NCBI GenBank assembly: GCA_964016885.1
Contig: OZ024740.1
Coordinates: forward strand, 410,626,001-410,690,000
Length of the DNA stretch: 64,000 nt
Source: Eledone cirrhosa
Taxonomy: Eukaryota
Reading direction: 5' to 3'
Of the stretch, positions 54,901 to 64,000 are shown piece after piece. The notes below the pieces were generated by a model. It worked only from the letters and a program-made list of their open reading frames with translations, did no database searches and was not told the origin of the DNA. The position numbers and the translations under genes were made by a program. Numbering within the stretch: the first letter of the stretch is position 1; each line of letters starts with the position of its first letter.

Positions 54901-57900
54901 GTTGTTATTGCTGGTGGTGGTGGCATTGTTGTTGTTATTGCTGGTGGTGGTGGCATTGTTGTTGTTATTGCTGGTGGTGGTGGCATTGTTGTTGTTATTG
55001 CTGGTGGTGGTGGCATTGTTGTTGTTATTGCTGGTGGTGGTAGCATTGTTGTTGTTATTGGTGGTGGTGGTGGCATTGTTGTTGTTATTGCTGGTGGTGG
55101 TGGCATTGTTGTTGTTATTGCTGGTGGTGGTGGCATTGTTGTTGTTATTGCTGGTGGTGGTGACATTGTTGTTGTTATTGCTGGTGGTGGTGGCATTGTT
55201 GTTGTTATTGCTGGTGGTGGTGGCATTGTTGTTGTTATTGCTGGTGGTGGTGGCATTGTTGTTGTTATTGGTGGTGGTGGTGGCATTGTTGTTGTTATTG
55301 CTGGTGGTGGTAGCATTGTTGTTGTTATTGGTGGTGGTGGTGGCATTGTTGTTGTTATTGCTGGTGGTGGTGGCATTGTTGTTGTTATTGGTGGTGGTGG
55401 TGGCATTGTTGTTGTTGTTATTGCTGGTGGTGGTGGCATTGTTGTTGTTATTGCTGGTGGTGGTGGCATTGTAGTTGTTATTGCTGGTGGTGGTGGAATT
55501 GTTGTTGTTATTGCTGGTGGTGGTAGTGGCATTGTTGTTGTTATTGGTGGTGGTGGTGGCATTGTTGTTGTTATTGCTGGTGGTGGTGGCATTGTTGTTG
55601 TTATTGGTGGTGGTGGTGGCATTGTTGTTGTTATTGCTGGTGGTGGTGGTGGCATTGTTGTTGTTGTTATTGCTGGTGGTGGTGGTGGCATTGTTGTTGT
55701 TGTTATTGCTGGTGGTGGCGGCATTGTTGTTGTTATTGCTGGTGGTGGTGACATTGTTGTTGTTATTGCTGGTGGTGGTGGCATTGTTGTTGTTATTGCT
55801 GGTGGTGGTAGCATTGTTGTTGTTATTGGTGGTGGTGGTGGCATTGTTGTTGTTATTGGTGGTGGTGGTGGCATTGTTGTTGTTATTGGTGGTGGTGGTG
55901 GCATTGTTGTTGTTGTTATTGCTGGTGGTGGTGGCATTGTTGTTGTTATTGCTGGTGGTGGTGGCATTGTTGTTGTTATTGCTGGTGGTGGTGACATTGT
56001 TGTTGTTATTGGTGGTGGTGGTGGCATTGTTGTTGTTATTGCTGGTGGTGGTGGTGGCATTGTTGTTGTTGTTATTGCTGGTGGTGGTGGCATTGTTGTT
56101 GTTATTGCTGGTGGTGGTGGCATTGTTGTTGTTATTGCTGGTGGTGGTGGCATTGTTGTTGTTATTGCTGGTGGTGGTGGTGGCATTGTTGTTGTTGTTA
56201 TTGCTGGTGGTGGTGGCATTGTTGTTGTTATTGCTGGTGGTGGTGGCATTGTTGTTGTTATTGCTGGTGGTGGTGGCATTGTTGTTGTTATTGGTGGTGG
56301 TGGTGGTGGCATTGTTGTTGTTATTGCTCTGTGGTGGTGGCATTGTTGTTGTTATTGCTGGTGGTGGTGGCATTGTTGTTGTTATTGCTGGTGGTGGTGG
56401 TGGCATTGTTGTTGTTATTGCTGGTGGTGGTGTCATTGTTGTTGTTATTGCTGGTGGTGGTGGCATTGTTGTTGTTATTGCTGGTGGTGGTGGCATTGTT
56501 GTTGTTATTGGTGGTGGTGGTGGTGGCATTGTTGTTGTTATTGCTCTGTGGTGGTGGCATTGTTGTTGTTATTGCTGGTGGTGGTGGCATTGTTGTTGTT
56601 ATTGCTGGTGGTGGTGGCATTGTTGTTGTTGTTGCTGGTGGTGGTGGCATTGTTGTTGTTATTGGTGGTGGTGGTGGCATTGTTGTTGTTATTGCTCTGT
56701 GGTGGTGGCATTGTTGTTGTTATTGCTGGTGGTGGTGTCATTGTTGTTGTTATTGCTGGTGGTGGTGGCATTGTTGTTGTTATTGGTGGTGGTGGTGGCA
56801 TTGTTGTTGTTATTGCTCTGTGGTGGTGGCATTGTTGTTGTTATTGCTGGTGGTGGTGTCATTGTTGTTGTTATTGCTGGTGGTGGTGGCATTGTTGTTG
56901 TTATTGCTGGTGGTGGTGGTGGCATTGTTGTTGTTATTGCTGGTGGTGGTGGCATTGTTGTTGTTATTGCTGGTGGTGGTGGCATTGTTGTTGTTATTGC
57001 TGGTGGTGGTGGCATTGTTGTTGTTATTGCTGGTGGTGGTGTCATTGTTGTTGTTATTGCTGGTGGTGGTGGCATTGTTGTTGTTATTGCTGGTGGTGGT
57101 GGTGGCATTGTTGTTGTTATTGCTGGTGGTGGTGGCATTGTTGTTGTTGTTGCTGGTGGTGGTGGTGGCATTGTTGTTGTTATTACTGGTGGTGGTGGCA
57201 TTGTTGTTGTTGTTATTGCTGGTGGTGGTGGCATTGTTGTTGTTATTGCTGGTGGTGGTGGCATTGTTGTTGTTATTGCTAGTGGTGGTGGCTTTGTTGT
57301 TGTTGTTATTGCTGGTGGTGGTGGCATTGTTGTTGTTCTTGCTGGTGGTGGTGGCTTTGTTGTTGTTGTTATTGCTAGTGGTGGTGGCATTGTTGTTGTT
57401 GTTATTGCTGGTGGTGGTGGCATTGTTGTTGTTCTTGCTAGTGGTGGTGGCATTGTTGTTGTTATTGCTGGTGGTGGTGGCATTGTTGTTGTTATTGCTG
57501 GTGGTGGTCGAATTGTTGTTGTTGTTATTGCTGGTGGTGGTGGCATTGTTGTTGTTATTGGTGGTGGTGGTGGCATTGTTGTTGTTATTGGTGGTGGTGG
57601 TGGCATTGTTGTTGTTGTTATTGCTAGTGGTGGTGGCATTGTTGTTGTTATTGCTGGTGGTGGTGGCATTGTTGTTGTTATTGGTGGTGGTGGTGGCATT
57701 GTTGTTGTTGTTATTGCTGGTGGTGGTGGCATTGTTGTTGTTGTTATTGCTGGTGGTGGTGGCATTGTTGTTGTTATTGCTGTTGGTGGTGGCATTGTTG
57801 TTGTTGTTATTGCTGGTGGTGGTGGCATTGTTGTTGTTGTTATTGCTGGTGGTGGTGGCATTGTTGTTGTTATTGCTAGTGGTGGTGGCATTGTTGTTGT

Positions 57901-60900
57901 TGTTATTGCTGGTGGTGGTGACATTGTTGTTGTTATTGCTGGTGGTGGTGGCATTGTTGTTGTTATTGCTAGTGGTGGTGGCATTGTTGTTGTTATTGGT
58001 GGTGGTGGTGGCATTGTTGTTGTTGTTATTGCTGGTGGTGGTGGCATTGTTGTTGTTGTTATTGCTGGTGGTGGTGGTGGTGGCATTGTTGTTGTTATTG
58101 CTGGTGGTGGTGGCATTGTTGTTGTTATTGCTGGTGGTGGTGGCATTGTTGTTGTTATTGGTGGTGGTGGTGGCATTGTTGTTGTTGTTATTGCTGGTGG
58201 TGGTGGCATTGTTGTTGTTGTTATTGCTGGTGGTGGTGGCATTGTTGTTGTTATTGCTGTTGGTGGTGGCATTGTTGTTGTTGTTATTGCTGGTGGTGGT
58301 GGCATTGTTGTTGTTGTTATTGCTGGTGGTGGTGGCATTGTTGTTGTTATTGCTAGTGGTGGTGGCATTGTTGTTGTTATTGCTGGTGGTGGTGGCATTG
58401 TTGTTGTTGTTATTGCTGGTGGTGGTGACATTGTTGTTGTTATTGCTGGTGGTGGTGGCATTGTTGTTGTTGTTATTGCTGGTGGTGGTGGTGGTGGCAT
58501 TGTTGTTGTTGTTGTTGGTGGTGGTGGCATTGTTGTTGTTGTTATTGCTGGTGGTGGTGGCATTGTTGTTATTATTGGTGGTGGTGGTGGCATTGTTGTT
58601 GTTGTTGTTGGTGGTGGTGGCATTGTTGTTGTTGTTATTGCTGGTGGTGGTGGCATTGTTGTTGTTATTGGTGGTGGTGGTGGTGGCATTGTTGTTGTTA
58701 TTGGTGGTGGTGGTGGTGGCATTGTTGTTGTTGTTATTGCTGGTGGTGGTGGTGGTGGCATTGTTGTTGTTATTGCTGGTGGTGGTGGCATTGTTGTTGT
58801 TATTGCTGGTGGTGGTGGCATTGTTGTTGTTATTGCTGGTGGTGGTGGCATTGTTGTTGTTATTGCTGGTGGTGGTGGCATTGTTGTTGTTATTGGTGGT
58901 GGTTGTGGCATTGTTGTTATTATTGGTGGTGGTGGTGGCATTGTTGTTGTTGTTGTTGGTGGTGGTGGCATTGTTGTTGTTGTTATTGCTGGTGGTGGTG
59001 GCATTGTTGTTGTTATTGCTGGTGGTGGTGGTGGCATTGTTGTTGTTATTGCTGGTGGTGGTGGCATTGTTGTTGTTATTGCTGGTGGTGGTGGCATTGT
59101 TGTTGTTATTGCTGGTGGTGGTGGCATTGTTGTTGTTATTGCTGGTGGTGGTGGCATTGTTGTTGTTATTGCTGGTGGTGGTGGCATTGTTGTTGTTATT
59201 GCTGGTGGTGGTGGCATTGTTGTTGTTATTGGTGGTGGTGGTGGCATTGTTGTTGTTATTGCTGGTGGTGGTGGCATTGTTGTTGTTGTTATTGCTGGTG
59301 GTGGTGGCATTGTTGTTGTTGTTATTGCTGGTGGTGGTGGCATTGTTGTTGTTATTGCTGGTGGTGGTGGCATTGTTGTTGTTATTGCTGGTGGTGGTGG
59401 CATTGTTGTTGTTATTGCTGGTGGTGGTGGCATTGTTGTTGTTATTGCTGGTGGTGGTGGCATTGTTGTTGTTATTGCTGGTGGTAGTGGCATTGTTGTT
59501 GTTGTTATTGGTGGTGGTGGTGGCATTGTTGTTGTTATTGGTGGTGGTGGTGGTGGCATTGTTGTTGTTATTGCTGGTGGTGGTGGCATTGTTGTTGTTA
59601 TTGCTGGTGGTGGTGGCATTGTTGTTGTTATTGCTGGTGGTGGTGGCATTGTTGTTGTTGTTATTGCTGGTGGTGGTGGCATTGTTGTTGTTATTGCTGG
59701 TGGTGGTGGCATTGTTGTTGTTATTGGTGGTGGTGGTGGTGGCATTGTTGTTGTTATTGCTGGTGGTGGTGGCATTGTTGTTGTTATTGCTGGTGGTGGT
59801 GGCATTGTTGTTGTTATTGCTGGTGGTGGTGATGGCATTGTTGTTGTTATTGCTGGTGGTGGTGGCATTGTTATTGGTGGTGGTGGTGGTGGCATTGTTG
59901 TTGTTATTGCTGGTGGTGGTGGTGGCATTGTTGTTGTTATTGCTGGTGGTGGTGGCATTGTTGTTGTTGTTGCTGGTGGTGGTGGCATTGTTGTTGTTAT
60001 TGCTGGTGGTGGTGGTGGCATTGTTGTTGTTGTTATTGCTGGTGGTGGTGGCATTGTTGTTGTTGTTATTGGTGGTGGTGGTGGTGGCATTGTTGTTGTT
60101 GTTATTGCTGGTGGTGGTGGCATTGTTGTTGTTGTTATTGCTGGTGGTGGTGTCATTGTTGTTGTTATTGCTGGTGGTGGTGGCATTGTTGTTGTTATTG
60201 CTGGTGGTGGTGGCATTGTTGTTGTTGTTGCTGGTGGTGGTGGCATTGTTGTTGTTATTGCTGGTGGTGGTGGCATTGTTGTTGTTATTGGTGGTGGTGG
60301 TGGTGTCATTGTTGTTGTTATTGCTGGTGGTGGTGGCATTGTTGTTGTTATTGGTGGTGGTGGTGGTGACATTGTTGTTGTTATTGGTGGTGGTGGTGGC
60401 ATTGTTGTTGTTATTGCTGGTGGTGGTGGTGGCATTGTTGTTGTTGTTATTGCTGGTGGTGGTGGCATTGTTGTTGTTGTTGCTGGTGGTGGTGGCATTG
60501 TTGTTGTTATTGCTGGTGGTGGTGGTGGCATTGTTGTTGTTATTGCTGGTGGAGGTGGCATTGTTGTTGTTATTGCTGGTGGTGGTGGCATTGTTGTTGT
60601 TGTTGCTGGTGGTGGTGGCATTGTTGTTGTTATTGCTGGTGGTGGTGGCATTGTTGTTGTTATTGCTGGTGGTGGTGGCATTGTTGTTGTTGTTATTGCT
60701 GGTGGTAGTGGCATTGTTGTTGTTGTTATTGGTGGTGGTGGTGTCATTGTTGTTGTTATTGCTGGTGGTGGTGGCATTGGTGTTGTTATTGCTGGTGGTG
60801 GTGGCATTGTTGTTGTTATTGGTGGTGGTGGTGGCATTGTTGTTGTTGTTATTGGTGGTGGTGGTGGCATTGTTGTTGTTATTGCTGGTGGTGGTGGCAT

Positions 60901-63900
60901 TGGTGTTGTTATTGCTGGTGGTGGTGGCATTGTTGTTGTTATTGCTGGTGGTGGTGGCATTGTTGTTGTTATTGCTGGTGGTGGTGGCATTGTTGTTGTT
61001 GTTATTGCTGGTGGTGGTGTCATGTTGTTGTTATTGCTGGTGGTGGTGGCATTGTTGTTGTTATTGCTGGTGGTGGTGGCATTGTTGTTGTTATTGCTGG
61101 TGGTGGTGGTGGCATTGTTGTTGTTATTGCTGGTGGTGGTGGCATTGTTGTTGTTATTGCTGGTGGTGGTGGCATTGTTGTTGTTATTGCTGGTGGTGGT
61201 GGCATTGTTGTTGTTGTTATTGCTGGTGGTGGTGGCATTGTTGTTGTTATTGCTAGTGGTGGTGGCATTGTTGTTGTTATTGCTGGTGGTGGTGGCATTG
61301 TTGTTGTTGTTATTGCTGGTGGTGGTGGCATTGTTGTTGTTGTTATTGCTGGTGGTGGTGGCATTGTTGTTGTTATTGCTAGTGGTGGTGGCATTGTTGT
61401 TGTTATTGCTGGTGGTGGTGGCATTGTTGTTGTTATTGCTGGTGGTGGTGGTGGCATTGTTGTTGTTATTGCTGGTGGTGGTGGCATTGTTGTTGTTATT
61501 GCTGGTGGTGGTGGCATTGTTGTTGTTATTGCTGGTGGTGGTGGCATTGTTGTTGTTGTTATTGCTGGTGGTGGTGGCATTGTTGTTGTTATTGCTAGTG
61601 GTGGTGGCATTGTTGTTGTTATTGCTGGTGGTGGTGGCATTGTTGTTGTTGTTATTGCTGGTGGTGGTGTCATGTTGTTGTTATTGCTGGTGGTGGTGGC
61701 ATTGTTGTTGTTATTGCTGGTGGTGGTGGCATTGTTGTTGTTATTGCTGGTGGTGGTGGTGGCATTGTTGTTGTTATTGCTGGTGGTGGTGGCATTGTTG
61801 TTGTTATTGCTGGTGGTGGTGGCATTGTTGTTGTTATTGCTGGTGGTGGTGGTGGCATTGTTGTTGTTATTGCTGGTGGTGGTGGTGGCATTGTTGTTGT
61901 TATTGCTGTTGGTGGTGGCATTGTTGTTGTTATTGGTGGTGTTGGTGGCATTGTTGTTGTTATTGCTAGTGGTGGTGGCATTGTTGTTGTTATTGCTGTT
62001 GGTGGTGGCATTGTTTTTGTTATTGCTGGTGGTGGTGGCATTGTTGTTGTTGTTGGTGGTGGTGGTGGTGGCATTGTTGTTGTTGTTATTGCTGGTGGTG
62101 GTGGCATTGTTGTTGTTATTGCTGGTGGTGGTGGCATTGTTGTTGTTATTGCTGGTGGTGGTGGCATTGTTGTTATTGTTGCTGTTGGTGGTGGCATTGT
62201 TGTTCTTATTGCTGGTGGTGGTGGCATTGTTGTTGTTGTTGCTGGTGGTGGTGGCATTGTTGTTGTTATTGGTGGTGGTGGTGGCATTGTTGTTGTTGTT
62301 GCTGGTGGTGGTGGCATTGTTGTTGTTATTGCTGGTGGTGGTGGTATTGTTGTTGTTGTTATTGCTGGTGGTAGTGGCATTGTTGTTGTTGTTATTGCTG
62401 GTGGTGGTGGCATTGTTGTTGTTGTTATTGCTGGTGGTGGTGGCATTGTTGTTGTTATTGCTGGTGGTGGTGGCATTGTTGTTGTTGTTGGTGGTGGTGG
62501 TGGCATTGTTGTTGTTATTGCTGGTGGTGGTGGCATTGTTGTTGTTGTTGCTGTTGGTGGTGGCATTGTTGTCGTTATTGCTGGTGGTGGTGGCATTGTT
62601 GTTGTTGTTGCTGGTGGTGGTGGCATTGTTGTTGTTGTTGCTGGTGGTGGTGGCATTGTTGTTGTTATTGGTGGTGGTGGTGGTGGCATTGTTGTTGTTG
62701 TTATTGCTGGTGGTGGTGGCATTGTTGTTGTTATTGCTGGTGGTGGTGGCATTGTTGTTGTTATTGCTGGTGGTGGTGGCATTGTTGTTATTGTTGCTGT
62801 TGGTGGTGGCATTGTTGTCGTTATTGCTGGTGGTGGTGGCATTGTTGTTGTTATTGCTGGTGGTGGTGGCATTGTTGTTGTTGTTGCTGGTGGTGGTGGC
62901 ATTGTTGTTGTTGTTATTGCTGGTGGTGGTGGCATTGTTGTTGTTGTTATTGCTGGTGGTAGTGGCATTGTTGTTGTTGTTATTGCTGGTGGTGGTGGCA
63001 TTGTTGTTGTTATTGCTGGTGGTGGTGGCATTGTTGTTGTTGTTATTGCTGGTGGTGGTGGCATTGTTGTTGTTATTGGTGGTGGTGGTGGTGGCATTGT
63101 TGTTGTTGTTATTGCTGGTGGTGGTGGCATTGTTGTTGTTGTTGCTGGTGTTGGTGGCATTGTTGTTGTTATTGCTGGTGGTGGTGGTGGTGGCATTGTT
63201 GTTGTTATTGCTGGTGGTAGTGGCATTGTTGTTGTTGTTATTGCTGGTGGTGGTGGCATTGTTGTTGTTGTTATTGCTGGTGGTGGTGGCATTGTTGTTG
63301 TTGTTGCTGGTGGTGGTGGCATTGTTGTTATTGTTGCTGTTGGTGGTGGCATTGTTGTTGTTGTTGCTGGTGGTGGTGGCATTGTTGTTGTTGTTGCTGG
63401 TGGTGGTGGCATTGTTGTTGTTGTTGCTGGTGGTGGTGGCATTGTTGTTGTTATTGGTGGTGGTGGTGGTGGCATTGTTGTTGTTATTGCTGGTGGTGGT
63501 GGCATTGTTGTTGTTGTTGCTGGTGGTGGTGGCATTGTTGTTGTTATTGGTGGTGGTGGTGGTGGCATTGTTGTTGTTATTGGTGGTGGTGGTGGCATTG
63601 TTGTTGTTGTTGCTGGTGGTGGTGGCATTGTTGTTGTTATTGGTGGTGGTGGTGGCATTGTTGTTGTTGTTGCTGGTGGTGGTGGCATTGTTGTTGTTAT
63701 TGGTGGTGGTGGTGGCATTGTTGTTGTTGTTATTGCTGGTGGTGGTGGCATTGTTGTTGTTATTGTTGGTGGTGGTGGCATTGTTGTTGTTATTGGTGGT
63801 GGTGGTGGTGGCATTGTTGTTGTTATTGGTGGTGGTGGTGGCATTGTTGTTGTTGTTATTGCTGGTGGTGGTGGCATTGTTGTTGTTATTGTTGGTGGTG

Positions 63901-64000
63901 GTGGCATTGTTGTTGTTATTGGTGGTGGTGGTGGTGGCATTGTTGTTGTTATTGCTGGTGGTGGTGGCATTGTTGTTGTTGTTGCTGGTGGTGGTGGCAT
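48932..64000. repeat. >15 kb satellite, consensus 30-mer GGCATT(GTT)3ATTGCT(GGT)3, open at the window end
   Basis: Continuous tandem units of about 24-39 bp varying mostly by whole triplets. Roughly 490 units by length estimate. Confidence 0.98.

Noticed and set aside
48838-64000. Giant ORFs (mucin/extensin-like MPPPPAITTT, Gly/Val-rich, poly-Leu/Val, Cys/Trp-rich)
   Set aside because: Open frames follow automatically from triplet-based units. There is almost no synonymous variation, amplified +1/-1 units break every frame, and no unique domains or signal peptide are seen.
48932-64000. Telomeric repeat
   Set aside because: It has a GT strand bias but is not TTAGGG, and the variable ~30-bp units are not telomerase-like.

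Overview
Eukaryotic, AT-rich, gene-free repeat region. The (TA)n/(CA)n density and SINE types suggest a cephalopod (Octopus-like) genome, which is an inference. Bases ~1-48.9 kb are a retroelement graveyard in which most inserts are bounded by microsatellites. It holds many Penelope-like element (PLE) fragments (RT and GIY-YIG), about 19 intact or decayed hammerhead ribozyme (HHR) motifs read directly from the sequence, and recurrent fold-back/inverted PLE termini. It also holds a near full-length decayed R4/Dong-type RLE LINE in a (TATG)n tract, a 5'-truncated Tx1/L1-clade LINE, RTE fragments, tRNA-derived SINEs and a 200-N gap. From ~48.93 kb to the window end lies a >15 kb, ~30-bp GT-rich satellite whose huge ORFs are a by-product of its triplet structure. 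No host protein-coding gene is supported. The most interesting signals are covarying minimal HHRs in short (TA)n-flanked modules, a twin-priming-like geometry of PLE insertions in palindromic (TA)n, an unclassified repeat carrying E2F+CCAAT modules, and the G4-prone satellite. Identities and alignments were judged by eye.
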